DNA of 64,000 nucleotides from a virus (Duplodnaviria; Heunggongvirae; Uroviricota; Caudoviricetes): IMG/VR virus record IMGVR_UViG_3300027631_000003; one strand, 5' to 3'. Shown piece by piece: positions 19,838 to 31,500 of this stretch (position 1 is its first letter; each line of letters starts with the position of its first letter). The notes under the pieces were generated by a model. It saw only the letters and a program-made list of their open reading frames with translations, ran no database searches and was not told where the DNA came from. The position numbers and the translations under genes were made by a program.

Positions 19838-20629
19838 TTAATTTCCTGTCTCTAACTTAACTGATGTAGGTAATGTTTCAGTATATGGGGAGGCATTTGG
19901 GTTTTCAAGTTTGTATATATCTTGAATTTTAGTAAACATAGTAAAATTCTTTTCGATTTCATCTACAATTTTAACTTGCCATCCTTTACCTTGCATCTGA
20001 CCTTCTTTACCTTCCTTATGTGTTTTAGCTTTTAACCAAATAATACCAGTACGTGTAACTGCTTCAGTATGAGTTTCATTCCAAGCCTGCGCATAAGCCG
20101 CGAGTTGTAAATCATATGATGTATGTAGTGAATTTGATGTTTTAATGTCTAATAACCAAAGTTCCCCGTTGATTCTCACAATTAAATCGGCAGTACCAGC
20201 GTATTCATACTGGTCAGAAAATAAATGATATTCTTTAGATACTAATTCTGGTTTTACTTGATTCCAAAAATCAGCAAATCGTAAAATCATTTTCCAAACA
20301 TCTAATTGATATTTAGCATTACCATACTCATCAATCCAAGTAATTTCATTTCCACCTAAGAAATCTTCAATTGCATTGTGTACTTGTGTTCCCTCATTAG
20401 CTGCTTTGCGCATTATAATATCGCTATTATGTCCAACGTCTTTTAACCATGAATGGAAAAAACCGTTCTTAGGAAAGAAATTTAATATGGATGTAACAGA
20501 TGGGTAGTACTTTTCGCTACGTCTGTAGAAACGACTATCTAAAATGTTTACTTGTTTTGAATTTTCGGTGTATTCAACAATCCGTTTAATGTTTGGATCT
20601 TTGATTACATTTGAGTTTTGCTCAATCAT
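19838..20629 (-). CDS. PD-(D/E)XK nuclease, RecB/Cas4-like fold (no Fe-S cysteines)
   Basis: GTADLIV ... LLDIKTS (D..D-x-K) followed by LQLAAYAQAW (the QxxxY motif). Confidence 0.55.
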   Translation of the reverse strand: MIEQNSNVIKDPNIKRIVEYTENSKQVNILDSRFYRRSEKYYPSVTSILNFFPKNGFFHSWLKDVGHNSDIIMRKAANEGTQVHNAIEDFLGGNEITWIDEYGNAKYQLDVWKMILRFADFWNQVKPELVSKEYHLFSDQYEYAGTADLIVRINGELWLLDIKTSNSLHTSYDLQLAAYAQAWNETHTEAVTRTGIIWLKAKTHKEGKEGQMQGKGWQVKIVDEIEKNFTMFTKIQDIYKLENPNASPYTETLPTSVKLETGN

Positions 20630-21567
20630 GCGATTTTTAGTTTTATACCCATTATTTTTTCAAATGTTAGTGGATATGTGTTTTCAATTATATTTAAGAA
20701 ATTCTTAAATCCGATTTCATTTGCATCTTTACCGTCCATTTCAACCAAATAAACTTCTTTACCATAGTTCATTAATGTTTGACAGTGTTGTAATGCTTCA
20801 CGTTGTGCATCTTTATCTAAAGCAACGTATACTTTTTCTACATCTGAAGTAACTAATCGTTTCATTAGCGCTTCAGAGAGTACTTTACCAAATAATGGAA
20901 TAACATTTCGTTGTATTGTTAAGGCATCGAACATACCTTCAACTAATACTACTGGTGCATCCCAATTTACAAAATATTCTAATCCAATTATGTTTTTATT
21001 CTGTACTGATGGATTCTTATACTTACGAGGTGAGTCTTGATCAAATGAACGAGCAATAAAATAATTTAATTGTCCTTCTGAATCATATGATGGTATGATA
21101 ACTCGTCCATTATACTCGCCTTCAGTACAGAATCCGATATTGTATTTTTTAATATGATTGTCTGTAATATCACGTTTATGTAAAAAATGTAATGCTTGTT
21201 TAGCATATATTTGATCCATTTTAGACAATGGAGTAACGTCAATCAGTGTTTTAAATTCCTTAGGCAGTGTTATTTGATTGTAAACAATTTCTTGGCGTTT
21301 ACCAGGTACAATGATAACGTCTAGCTGTTCTACTTTAGAACGGTCGACTTTCATTGCTTTAAATAATGAATGTATTGATTTACCTTTAGTATTACATACC
21401 CAACAATGCCACGGATTTTCTTTTTTCTCGTTAGTGGCTACATTAACTTCTAATTTTGGCTTATGGTGTTTACAGAATGGGCAGTGAAACGAATGATTGC
21501 CTCGCGATGTAGGTTTAGATTTACCTAACACATTTTCCAATAAGTTTATCAAAACTAGATTTTCCAT
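20626..21567 (-). CDS. DNA primase (zinc-ribbon + TOPRIM; T4 gp61-like)
   Basis: N-terminal CHC2-type zinc finger HCPFCKHH...CWVCNTKG. C-terminal TOPRIM motif VVLVEGMFDALTI. Confidence 0.7.
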   Translation of the reverse strand: MENLVLINLLENVLGKSKPTSRGNHSFHCPFCKHHKPKLEVNVATNEKKENPWHCWVCNTKGKSIHSLFKAMKVDRSKVEQLDVIIVPGKRQEIVYNQITLPKEFKTLIDVTPLSKMDQIYAKQALHFLHKRDITDNHIKKYNIGFCTEGEYNGRVIIPSYDSEGQLNYFIARSFDQDSPRKYKNPSVQNKNIIGLEYFVNWDAPVVLVEGMFDALTIQRNVIPLFGKVLSEALMKRLVTSDVEKVYVALDKDAQREALQHCQTLMNYGKEVYLVEMDGKDANEIGFKNFLNIIENTYPLTFEKIMGIKLKIA

Positions 21568-21573
21568 ACTATA

Positions 21574-21589
21574 ACAATAATTAGGAAAT
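21574..21589 (-). promoter_or_regulatory. Early promoter-like motif
   Basis: + strand reads acaataattaggaaat, upstream of the GIY-YIG gene. Confidence 0.45.
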
Positions 21590-21592
21590 AAA

Positions 21593-22039
21593 TTATATCA
21601 AATCCTTACGGAAGAATTTACCTAATATATTATCATTTAAATAACGATCATCTTCTAATACATTATATTGGAATAAATATTTTGTTTCCCAATATGTTAA
21701 TTGTTTGCTAGTTTTGCATAGCTTGTACACATATCGCTTTAAATTATCTTTAGGTAATTTTTTTACTTCGAGGGATGAACCATAATAAGTCTTCCAGTCA
21801 CTTTCTGATATGACTAATTTCTTGCTTGGTTTTTTACCACGAGCTACAGGTAATAATGCTAATTCTTTCTTTCCTAATTTTTTATTTTGTTTGTGAAAGA
21901 ATGCTTTCTTACCAATATATTGTTTACCTGTTGTTGCATCTAATGTACAATAGACATATCCATAATATTCAGAAGAATCAAAATTAGGATCATTTATTAG
22001 ATCCTCAACCTGAGTAGCAGGTCCTATAACTTGTACCAT
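21593..22039 (-). CDS. GIY-YIG family endonuclease (free-standing homing-endonuclease-like)
   Basis: N-terminal YGYVYCTLDATTGKQYIGKK gives GIY..YIG. 148 aa, intergenic between primase and fibre genes. Early promoter motif at 21574..21589. Confidence 0.55.
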   Translation of the reverse strand: MVQVIGPATQVEDLINDPNFDSSEYYGYVYCTLDATTGKQYIGKKAFFHKQNKKLGKKELALLPVARGKKPSKKLVISESDWKTYYGSSLEVKKLPKDNLKRYVYKLCKTSKQLTYWETKYLFQYNVLEDDRYLNDNILGKFFRKDLI

Positions 22040-22054
22040 AACTTTTATTTATTT

Positions 22055-22366
22055 TTATGTATCGTAACGTATTAAGAATGTCATATCTGTTTCTCCTGAG
22101 ATAGGGACAGGTTGACCAAATTTTGCAACCATTAATAACTCATGATTATCATTATATAGACCTAATGTTGAAGCATATGGTTGGAAATCGGATCCAGTTG
22201 CAAAATTCTTTATAGGGGAATATGCATCGGATCCGGTAGTTCGTAATGATGGATTATAAGTTAATCCAAATTCATTTTCTTTAACATGAGCAGTAATATA
22301 ATTTTCATACACTGTATGTTCGTTAGTGAATGATAATCTAAAGTTATTTACGTTTATTACTGCCAT
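22055..22366 (-). CDS. Small protein homologous to the C-terminal domain of the 332-aa structural protein (32690..33688)
   Basis: VKENEFGLTYNPS...LGLYNDNHELLMVAKFGQPVP...LIRYDT aligns with FTRVKNSDFNYTTNPS...VGMYNDNNELLAVAKLSRPL...LIRIKLDY. The likely start is M7, at 22366. Confidence 0.55.
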   Translation of the reverse strand: MAVINVNNFRLSFTNEHTVYENYITAHVKENEFGLTYNPSLRTTGSDAYSPIKNFATGSDFQPYASTLGLYNDNHELLMVAKFGQPVPISGETDMTFLIRYDT

Positions 22367-22377
22367 ATATATAAATA

Positions 22378-25300
22378 TTAACAACTACCTAAGTTATTTG
22401 GAGAAGAATAAGAATAGGTTAAAGGACTTCCATTTTGAAAACATATTATATATGAACTTCCATCAGATATGTATATTGATGAAAGACCACCACCACAAGG
22501 TACCCATTCTACATAATCTGATATTCCATACCCATTATTATTTACCATTTCATATTGTGTACATGTTGTATAGCCACAATAAGCACTATTAGATTCAACT
22601 AAAGTATCACTTCTAGTAGCATTACTACATGAATTTCTTTCTCTACTATACTTATTATATCCTGAACAATAATATTCTAAGTTCCAACTTCCACAACCTT
22701 CAGCATTAGAAGTTATAGTAACAGTTCTAGTTCCACTATTTGAGCAAGTATTAGCATCATATTGGTCTTGAACTAAATTACACCCTGAACAATATTGACC
22801 TCCTGTATTCTGCCAGTTTGGAGTATTATTACATGGAGCTCCTGATGGTTGGCCGCCTCCAACATTAATATTATTTACACGGTAATTATTATATGTAGAA
22901 GAACAAGCATTAGTATCTTTAAATACTGCATATAAAGTACAATCTACGCAAGTATCGTAACCTTGATCAACCCAGTTTGCCGATAAAGATTGACCACAAC
23001 ACCCACCACAATTTGTAGTATTTGTATTTAACTGAACATTTCTAGTTTGATTATAAGTTGCCGAACATGAATTATTATTTATTTGAGGTTGGTATTGGTT
23101 GCAATCTGAACAGAAAATACTTCCATTATTTACCCAGTTTTCAGCAGTACTTTGACCGCAACACCCACCACAAAGTGAAGTATTTGAAGCTAATAATGTA
23201 TTTCTTGTATTATTATAAGTTGATGAACAAGTGTTATTATCAATTTGTGGTTGATATCTATCACATCCAGAACAAAATATATCTCCGTTATTTACCCAGT
23301 TAGCTGCTGTGTTTACACTATTTGATGGATTAGATGAATATGAACTACCATTAGTAAAATATTGGTTTCCTCCAAAACAAGCATTTGTGTTTTGATAAAC
23401 AGTGTATGAATTTACCGTTCCAGCATTACAAACATAGTAAGTACCTATTGCACTGCTATAATTGGCTGAAGTATTACAATTTGAACCTCCAGGTGTGCTA
23501 CTATTAGTACCGCATGGATTTGATGTATTTAAATAACTTACACAATCAGTACAAAATCCACCACCTGATGGAGTAAAATAATTAGCATTGTTTAATTGGA
23601 ATGTATAAGTACTATTTCCAGATACTGTAAATTGAGAATTTGAAGTATATGAACTATTATTTAATGTAACACCACATGCTGGTGATGTATGAGTTAATAT
23701 AATAGTTGTTCCAGCAACGTAACTTCTTAATCCTGATTTCCAGGAATTATCTTCAATTCCATTAATATAAATCAAATAACTATTAGGATCTAAACTATTT
23801 AAAGGATTTATTTCAACAGTTCCGTATAATGGGGATGGAGTTGGAGTTCTTGTATTTGTTGGAGTTGGAGTTTGAGTTCTAGTTGGTGTAACTGGAGGAG
23901 TTGAAGGTGGTGTTGTACTTGGAGTTGGTGTTTGTGTTGGTAAAGCAACACAATCTATTACTGTATTAATTGCACCTGCGTTATCAAAGGTAACAACATA
24001 TTTATTACCTCCACTTATTATAGTACTATATCCTCCTGGATCTGAGCTATATGTTCTTACTGTTAAACGAGTATTATTATATATAACTACTCCATTAGTT
24101 ATAGGTGATGCAATATCAATATATGTAGTATTTCCTGAAGATACAGCGCATGCATCATAAGTTGATGTAAAATTTGGATTACCTAATAATATAGCCTTAC
24201 TAATTGTTGAATTAGATGGTGTTTGTGTAGGAGTAGCTGGAGGAGTTGAACTTGGAGTTACTGGTGGTGTGTTAGGAGGTGTTGATGATGGAGTATTAGA
24301 TGGAGTAACAGGTGGGGTTGATGTTGGAGTTGGAGTTGGGGTAGGAGTTTTTGTACTAGTTTGTGAAGCTGTTATACTAGGAGTAGGTGTTTGAGTTTGG
24401 GTTTGAGTTTGGGTATTGGTTGGAGTATTAGTAGGTGTTAATGTTTGAGTTGTAGTTTGAGTAGGAGTAAATGAAGGAGTTGTTGTTGGAGTGTTTGATG
24501 GAGTTATTGATGGGGTATTTGTTGGAGTAGAAGTAGGCGTACCCGTTTGAGTTGATGTAACTGTAGGGGTAGTAGTTGGTGTAATTGATGGGGTAAATGA
24601 TGGTGTGTTAGATGGAGTAGAAGTAGGTGTACCTGTTTGAGTTGATGTAACTGTAGGGGTAGTTGTTGGAGTAATCGAAGGAGTTATTGATGGTGTGTTT
24701 GATGGGGTTAAAGTAGGTGTGCCGGTTTGAGTAGGAGTAGCTGTTATTGTAGCACTTGGAGTTATTGATGGAGTTAAAGTTGGAGTTGCTGTTGGTGTAG
24801 GAGTTAAAGGTACAAGACCTGGAGATGAAGTGATAGATGGAGTAGGGGTTATTGTTGAGGTTGGGGTTTGAGTTTGAGTATTAGTAGGAGTTAATGTTGG
24901 AGTATTAGTTGGAGTACCTGTTGGGGTACCAGTAGGTGTTTGTGTTGGAGTTCGTGTTAGAGTAGGTGTTTGAGTAAGAGTATTTGTTGGAGTATTAGTA
25001 GGAGTATCTGTTGGAGTACCAGTAGGTGTTCCTGTAGTAGTTGGGGTTAAAGTTTGGGTATTTGATGGGGTTATTGAAGGAGTATTAGTAGGTGTTACTG
25101 TAGGGGTTTGAGTTAATGTTCCTGTTGGAGTTTGTGTTAGAGTTGGAGTATTAGTAGGTGTGCCTGTTGGGGTATTAGAAGGTGTACTTGTTTGTGTTAA
25201 TGTTTGAGTAGGAGTTAGAGTTGGTGTTGGTGTTACCGTTGGTGTAGCCGTATTAGTAGGAGTTGGAGTAGGTGATGGGGTAGCAGTTGGAGTTGGCTTT

Positions 25301-28300
25301 ATACAATTAATAAAACTACCTGTTACGTAAGTAATTTTATTTAATGTACTGTATGAATCTATAGAAGATATTTCGATTAAAGTAATATCATCATTTGCGG
25401 TAATTTCATTACCATAAGGAATATAAGTTCTAGATCCACTTAATGAAGCTGTAACTCCATATGTAGCAGCTAATGAATTACTTCCAGATACGTCTTTATA
25501 TACTTTTGTCGTTAATGTTATATCATTATACAAAGGAGATTCAACACTTCCTGATTTACCTACTATATAAAATCCATATAATGAAGATGAAAATGATGAA
25601 GAAGAATAACAAATTTCTTCAATATCTAAAGACATACTTCTAGCAACATTATATTGAAACATATATAAGTTTCCAGGAGGAACTAATGGTATATAATATC
25701 CTGCAGGTGCACTTGCAGTTGTTGTTGAATTAAAATTATCAGTGTATACTACAAATGTATCTATACTTGAAGTAACTGAACTTGATACTGATGAAGAAAT
25801 AATACTTCCTGAATAGAATCCTCTATATAAATTTGATCCAGAATATATTGTTGCAGGATCAAAAGAAGAAGTTAATAATATAGCAGAATAATCATTCTGT
25901 AGTTGAGTCGGATTTATAGAATATAAGAACCAGTTGCTTGTATGATCTAATGAAGATGTAGTTAATGGAAAATAACTACCCGAACTATTAGAAGCAGAAA
26001 TAGCATTTGAAGAAGATAAGAAATATTTTTCAGTTACAATACTGTTACTTACTTGATAAAATATCCTATCAGAAGAACTTGAAACTAAAGATCCAGTAGC
26101 ACTATAAAAACCATTATATAATTTATTAGTTCCTAAAAGATCATAATATAATGTAGTTCCTACATTAATTCCAGATCCGCTTGTATTATTAAAATATAAA
26201 GTAACAGGAAGAGACCCACTTTCAATTTTTAATTCATTAGTAAATGAAGATTGAATTGAGCCTAAATTGCTACCACTTAAAGGACTAACATAATTAAAAG
26301 ATCCAGTTACTAAATTAGTTAATGAATCTACAAATCCTGTAGCAGTATCATTAGCATCTTGTGAGCTTGAAAAACTAAATGAGGCGCTAGGTTTTAAATT
26401 TAAAAATACAGTACCTGGTTTGATTTCCATACCATTACCTGGGAGTAATGATATAGATCCTGTTTTCTTTGAACTATAATAAACTGTTGATCCTGGTATA
26501 TATGCTAAAGGTTTTCCAGATGTATATGGAAGAAGTAATAACTTGTCAATATCCTGAATTAAAATAGGACTATCAGCTTGTAGTGAAGTATCATATCCTA
26601 TTTCTATATCTGGATTTTCAGATAATAACCCAGCATTAGTAAAAGATAATTCTTTACTAACTATATTACCACTTAATTGACGATAATAATAAACCCCATC
26701 ACAATAATACCCATCATTAGTATATTCTACTGGGGTTAATGTATTGGTGCATGACTCAAAAGGACCATTAATTGTAATATTATCCCCAACTGTTGGGGTA
26801 GTTCCTCCTTTTACACAAACACTAATTGATCCGCCACCAGGTAAATAATAAGATGTTTCTTGGGTATCACCACATGCAATATAATTTGCATAATTATCAG
26901 TATCGTTACTTAAATTACTAAATGAATATACATTACAACTTAATGATGGATCTACAATATATTCATATTTTGTTCTAACTAATATACTAGCTAATTCAAT
27001 ATATGGAGTTGTTGTTTTATGTTTTAAAAAATATCTACAATCCCTTTCAGATGCTGTGATTCTGCGAGTAACAAAGTAATTAAATAAAGTATCAACCACC
27101 CATATAACTGCTAGCATTATAGCAGCATATAAAAGTATAGTTCCTATAACTGCAAAGGCAACACTAGCGCTTGCCGAAATAGAACCTACAGTACTTTTAA
27201 CTATAACGGTAGATACTTGTTCTACTGTTTTAGTAATAAGTGTAGCAGATGTTTGATATCCAGCACCTCCCTTTCCTATAACTTGTAAACAGGTAACTAC
27301 TAATTCAGTTACTTCAGCAGTAAATACTTGGGTTACAGCTGTATATGCTATAGAAGAACCAGCAATTTTAGCTGCTAAACCTGAAGCTGCTTTCATAGCA
27401 AGCCCACCAACAAGAGCAGCAGCTCCCATAGGTAAACCTAAAGTTGATAAAAATGACATATCTACATCAAATTCATCTAAAGTTTTACTATCTACTGCTT
27501 TTCTGAATCCATAAGCTAATTTTGCTAAAGCATGTCTTATACCAGTTATTGAATATTGTTTTTGTTGAGAATGAACATATTTAGTAAAAAATTCATCATT
27601 TGATTTAGTCTTTACTATTGGATCATATCCTAAAAGAAATTCATATGTGGATGGTCGAGAAAGTGTTGAATGGGGAAGAATTTGCTTTATTTTCCCTAAA
27701 TCAGTCATTACTACATTAGTACAAGCATTTACATCTCCTTGATTATTCTCCCAATAAGCAGGACCTGATATTTTGGGAGTAATAGTTCCTGGAGTAGCCC
27801 CTAACCAACTTCCAAGTTTTGATTCTCTGTAAGCTGAATATTCAATATCGTATCGGATTTGTACACCATATGCTCGATCATAAGGACCACCTACTTTAAA
27901 AACCTTAGGAACTGTATTGTTTGGGTAAAAGGAATAATAATATGGAAATGCAGGTTGTGCAAAAAAAGCATCACTCCATACTCTATTTTTATTTGTTGTA
28001 TTCCAATCATCTATAAAATCCCTTGAATAAAGATAAGTTCTTAATTTAGGAGTAGAAGCAGCATCATATGGAGAATACACATGTACTCCCATCAAATAAC
28101 GATATAAAGGTAAGGTACAATCATATTCTAAAGATATAGAATTACCTGATTGTGGGATGTTATTACCTAAAGCTATATTAACTACAAGTTCTTTAGTAGT
28201 ATTTGTTTGATCTCCATTTACAATAACATATAATCTTTTTTTAACACCCGAGGTTAATTGAAAATTATATCCTTTAGGTTTACCTTCATAAAAAGGAAGA

Positions 28301-28569
28301 AATATATCATTTAAATCAGTACCAACGGAAATTGGGGAACCATTTGGAGTTGAGAATGTAATTCCAGCTACATGAGCATTACCTGAAAATGTTACGTCAA
28401 TTGTTACATATCCATAAGAAGTATCTGTTAATTTTATTTTATGCTCTTTATTGGCATAACGAGCTCCAGTAGAAGTTGAATTAAAAAGTTGTGTACCTCC
28501 GTTTGAAGGAGAAGCTGATTTAAAATCAGATGATAAAACACTAATATTCAACGAATTACTTAAAGGCAT
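22378..28569 (-). CDS. Giant multi-domain tail fibre / adhesin-like protein (2063 aa) with Thr/Pro-rich linkers, hydrophobic segment and C-terminal Cys-rich repeats
   Basis: Long PTPT/TPTxT linkers (aa ~1030-1620). Three C-terminal ~55-aa repeats carrying NWVNNG..FCS.C..YQPQI.NN.C and CGGCCGQS. Hydrophobic Gly/Ala-rich stretch at aa ~380-500. Sits in the tail region next to the baseplate genes. Confidence 0.6.
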   Translation of the reverse strand: MPLSNSLNISVLSSDFKSASPSNGGTQLFNSTSTGARYANKEHKIKLTDTSYGYVTIDVTFSGNAHVAGITFSTPNGSPISVGTDLNDIFLPFYEGKPKGYNFQLTSGVKKRLYVIVNGDQTNTTKELVVNIALGNNIPQSGNSISLEYDCTLPLYRYLMGVHVYSPYDAASTPKLRTYLYSRDFIDDWNTTNKNRVWSDAFFAQPAFPYYYSFYPNNTVPKVFKVGGPYDRAYGVQIRYDIEYSAYRESKLGSWLGATPGTITPKISGPAYWENNQGDVNACTNVVMTDLGKIKQILPHSTLSRPSTYEFLLGYDPIVKTKSNDEFFTKYVHSQQKQYSITGIRHALAKLAYGFRKAVDSKTLDEFDVDMSFLSTLGLPMGAAALVGGLAMKAASGLAAKIAGSSIAYTAVTQVFTAEVTELVVTCLQVIGKGGAGYQTSATLITKTVEQVSTVIVKSTVGSISASASVAFAVIGTILLYAAIMLAVIWVVDTLFNYFVTRRITASERDCRYFLKHKTTTPYIELASILVRTKYEYIVDPSLSCNVYSFSNLSNDTDNYANYIACGDTQETSYYLPGGGSISVCVKGGTTPTVGDNITINGPFESCTNTLTPVEYTNDGYYCDGVYYYRQLSGNIVSKELSFTNAGLLSENPDIEIGYDTSLQADSPILIQDIDKLLLLPYTSGKPLAYIPGSTVYYSSKKTGSISLLPGNGMEIKPGTVFLNLKPSASFSFSSSQDANDTATGFVDSLTNLVTGSFNYVSPLSGSNLGSIQSSFTNELKIESGSLPVTLYFNNTSGSGINVGTTLYYDLLGTNKLYNGFYSATGSLVSSSSDRIFYQVSNSIVTEKYFLSSSNAISASNSSGSYFPLTTSSLDHTSNWFLYSINPTQLQNDYSAILLTSSFDPATIYSGSNLYRGFYSGSIISSSVSSSVTSSIDTFVVYTDNFNSTTTASAPAGYYIPLVPPGNLYMFQYNVARSMSLDIEEICYSSSSFSSSLYGFYIVGKSGSVESPLYNDITLTTKVYKDVSGSNSLAATYGVTASLSGSRTYIPYGNEITANDDITLIEISSIDSYSTLNKITYVTGSFINCIKPTPTATPSPTPTPTNTATPTVTPTPTLTPTQTLTQTSTPSNTPTGTPTNTPTLTQTPTGTLTQTPTVTPTNTPSITPSNTQTLTPTTTGTPTGTPTDTPTNTPTNTLTQTPTLTRTPTQTPTGTPTGTPTNTPTLTPTNTQTQTPTSTITPTPSITSSPGLVPLTPTPTATPTLTPSITPSATITATPTQTGTPTLTPSNTPSITPSITPTTTPTVTSTQTGTPTSTPSNTPSFTPSITPTTTPTVTSTQTGTPTSTPTNTPSITPSNTPTTTPSFTPTQTTTQTLTPTNTPTNTQTQTQTQTPTPSITASQTSTKTPTPTPTPTSTPPVTPSNTPSSTPPNTPPVTPSSTPPATPTQTPSNSTISKAILLGNPNFTSTYDACAVSSGNTTYIDIASPITNGVVIYNNTRLTVRTYSSDPGGYSTIISGGNKYVVTFDNAGAINTVIDCVALPTQTPTPSTTPPSTPPVTPTRTQTPTPTNTRTPTPSPLYGTVEINPLNSLDPNSYLIYINGIEDNSWKSGLRSYVAGTTIILTHTSPACGVTLNNSSYTSNSQFTVSGNSTYTFQLNNANYFTPSGGGFCTDCVSYLNTSNPCGTNSSTPGGSNCNTSANYSSAIGTYYVCNAGTVNSYTVYQNTNACFGGNQYFTNGSSYSSNPSNSVNTAANWVNNGDIFCSGCDRYQPQIDNNTCSSTYNNTRNTLLASNTSLCGGCCGQSTAENWVNNGSIFCSDCNQYQPQINNNSCSATYNQTRNVQLNTNTTNCGGCCGQSLSANWVDQGYDTCVDCTLYAVFKDTNACSSTYNNYRVNNINVGGGQPSGAPCNNTPNWQNTGGQYCSGCNLVQDQYDANTCSNSGTRTVTITSNAEGCGSWNLEYYCSGYNKYSRERNSCSNATRSDTLVESNSAYCGYTTCTQYEMVNNNGYGISDYVEWVPCGGGLSSIYISDGSSYIICFQNGSPLTYSYSSPNNLGSC
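23820..25310. repeat. Highly repetitive coding DNA (GGNGTN/ACNCCN-type) encoding Thr/Pro linkers of the 2063-aa fibre protein
   Basis: Visible as long (ggtgttggagtt)n-like tracts on the + strand, interrupted at ~23940..24240 by a globular module. Confidence 0.6.
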
Positions 28570-28587
28570 AATATTGTATTTTCTATA

Positions 28588-31500
28588 TTAACAATCAGTT
28601 TCTGTTACTGTTATTGGGCAACTTCCTGTTGCTGTTGCAACCCCATTATTTAACATAAATATTGTTGAAGTTGGGGATGTCGTTTCATTAATTGGTAATC
28701 TAAATGAGCCACTTGGAATTTGAGTTGTTAATGTTGGATCTGAATACCATGTTGATGCCGCAAAATTACCTGAATTAGATTCTAATTCTGATATTCTAAA
28801 ATATACAGAAATTGTTGTACAGGTTGCACAAATTGCTGTTCTATCTATATCAGTTAACGTATATCCAGCATTAAATGGTTTATAACAGAATGTTCTTTGA
28901 GTAACATCTAAAGCATTAAATATAGCATATATAGTTTCATTTTTCTTAAATCTATGAGTATATGATGATACGGTTGTTGTTAACGGACCAACAGCATTAT
29001 TTGGGTATCTAGACCATCCAATAAATTCAGTAGCACCTGTAGAAGTTGCTTGAACTGTGTGAATCGTATCATATGGTTGGCTTACATTAAAACTAGATAT
29101 AGATGGACTTTCTGATTCACCACTAATAAATCCTTCTGCATTATAAGTTAAATATGAAGGTGTAAAAGTAACTGTTAAATTACCACAATCAATTTGTTGC
29201 CATCTATACACATATCCTGTTGAATCTCTAACCCAAGGTTCTATCGTTCCAGCAACACCACTAAATGTATAAGTAGTTGCTGAAGTAGGAGCAGTATAAG
29301 TTACGCCACCATCAATACTATATTCAAAATTAGGTGTACCACCTGATATATCAATAGTAGCTGTTCCAGCTTCACAATTAGCAGTTGCATTAGTTATGAT
29401 TAAATTAACTATTGTTGGAGTAGGTGTTGGAGTTTGAGTAGGGGTTCCAGTTTGTGTTACTGTTGGTGTTGGAGTGGCAGTTAATGTAGTTGAAGGTGTA
29501 GGTGTTTGAGTTGCTGTGTTAGATGGAGTATTAGTTGGGGTAGATGTATTAGCTGGAGTTACGGGTGGTGTATTTGATGGAGTTGTTGTTTGGGTTGGTG
29601 TATTAGATGGGGTTGAAGTTTGAGTTTGAGTTTGTGTTGTAGTTGGTGTAACTGTATTTGTAGGAGTATTTGTTGGAGTTGGGGTATTTGTAGATGTGCT
29701 AGTTGGAGTAAATCCTGGAGTAGCAGTGATAGTTGGAGAAGGTGTTAAAGTATTAGTAGCAGTAACTGTTGGAGTTACTGTATTAGTCGGTGTATTAGTA
29801 GGTGTTCCAGTTTGTGTTGGTGTATTAGTAGGTGTTCCTGAAGGTGTTATAGATGGAGTTGGTGTATTTGTTGGTGTAGTTGTAGGGGTTTGTGTTTGGG
29901 TAGTTGATGGAGTTGGAGTATTTGTAGTAGTATTAGAAGGAGTATTTGTTGGTGTTTGTGTGGATGTATTTGTAGGAGTTACAGTATTAGTAGGAGTACT
30001 AGTTACTGTATTAGTTGGGGTAGATGTTTGAGTAACTGTTGCTGTAATTGTTGGAGTTGGAGTAGGGGTTGAACTTTCAGTTACGCTAGGGGTTGGGGTA
30101 TTTGTATTTGTTGTAGTTGGGGTATTAGTAGGTGTTATGCTAGGAGTATTTGTATTAGTAGGAGTATTTGTTGGAGTTTCTGAAGGGGTAGTAGTTTGTG
30201 TAGCTGTTACACTTGGTGTATTAGTAGGTGTAGCTGTAGTAGTCGGTGAATTTTGTGGGGTTTTAGTTTGAGTTGGAGTATTTGTAGATGTTACTGTATT
30301 AGTTGGTGTATTTGTTGGAGTTGCAGTATTAGTAGGTGTTATAGATGGAGTTGGAGTAGGAGTTATTGATAAACAAGATAATTTAAAGTTAAATTGAGTT
30401 TCAACATCATTGTAAGGAGTTACTTTAACAACAACGTGATCCGAAGTTCCATCTAAGCTAATAGTTGCAATATTATAACCCGTATTATTATAAGTTGCTA
30501 TTAAATTAGATTTATAATATAATTGGATTGTATCAGCTAAATCATAATTGTTATATTCAAATGTCGCATTTCCACCAAATGCACCTACATATATGCTAAA
30601 TTCTTGAGGTAATACTGAGTAGCTACCACTTATTCCACTACCACAGTTTGGAACTGTTGGGGAAGGAGTCATTGTAGGTGTTTGAGTAGGAGTTGTTGTT
30701 GGGGTTAGTGTTTGACTAACTGCTATAGGACATTCTAATACGAATGACCATAATGTTTCTATACTAGTAGAAGCATCAACATTTACTCTAATATAATTTG
30801 AAGTTCCATCTAGGTAAAGAGTATCACGTACTACACCATTAGATGGGGAATAAGTTCTTAACAATGTGCCATTTGGATAATATAATCTAAATGTATCTGA
30901 AATTGTATTAACATTTAAGTTAAAGTTTACATTTCCGTTAACTCCACCAACATATATTATGTAATCAGTAGCTGAAACTGAGTAGCTACCACTTATTGGA
31001 GTGTTACATAAGTAACCAGATGTTGGAGTAACTGTTGGAGTATTTGTTGGAGTTCCTGTATTTGTAGGAGTTGTTGTAAATGTTGGAGTATTTGTTGGAG
31101 TTCCTGTATTTGTAGTAGTTGGGGTTGGTGTTGCTGTTTGTGATGTAGATGGAGTTGGTGTTGAAGTTTTAGTTACTGTTGGAGTTGGTGTTGACGTATT
31201 AGTAGAAGTTACAGTAGGTGTTTGAGTAGAAGTTTGAGTTACAGTTTGTGTAGGTGTTGGGGATGAGAATGGAGAAGCGGTTAGTGTAGTAGTTTGTGTT
31301 TGAGTTGGAGTTTGAGTTGGTGTTTGTGTTGGTGAAGCAGTTATTGTAGTTGTTGGAGTTTGAGTTGGTGTTCCTGTAGGGGTATTTGTTGCTGTATTTG
31401 TTGGTGTTGCAGTATTTGTAGGAGTTACTGTAAATGATGGCGTTATACTTGGGGTAGGTGTATTAGAAGGTGTGATTGATGGAGTTGGTGTAGGTGTAAT

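Noticed and set aside
29696-30031. Plus-strand 111-aa (VGV)n ORF and apparent tandem repeats that might be mistaken for a CRISPR-like array
   Set aside because: It is the antisense of the Thr/Pro linker coding repeats inside the 1046-aa fibre gene. The repeats are in-frame coding hexamers without unique spacers, so this is not a CRISPR array.
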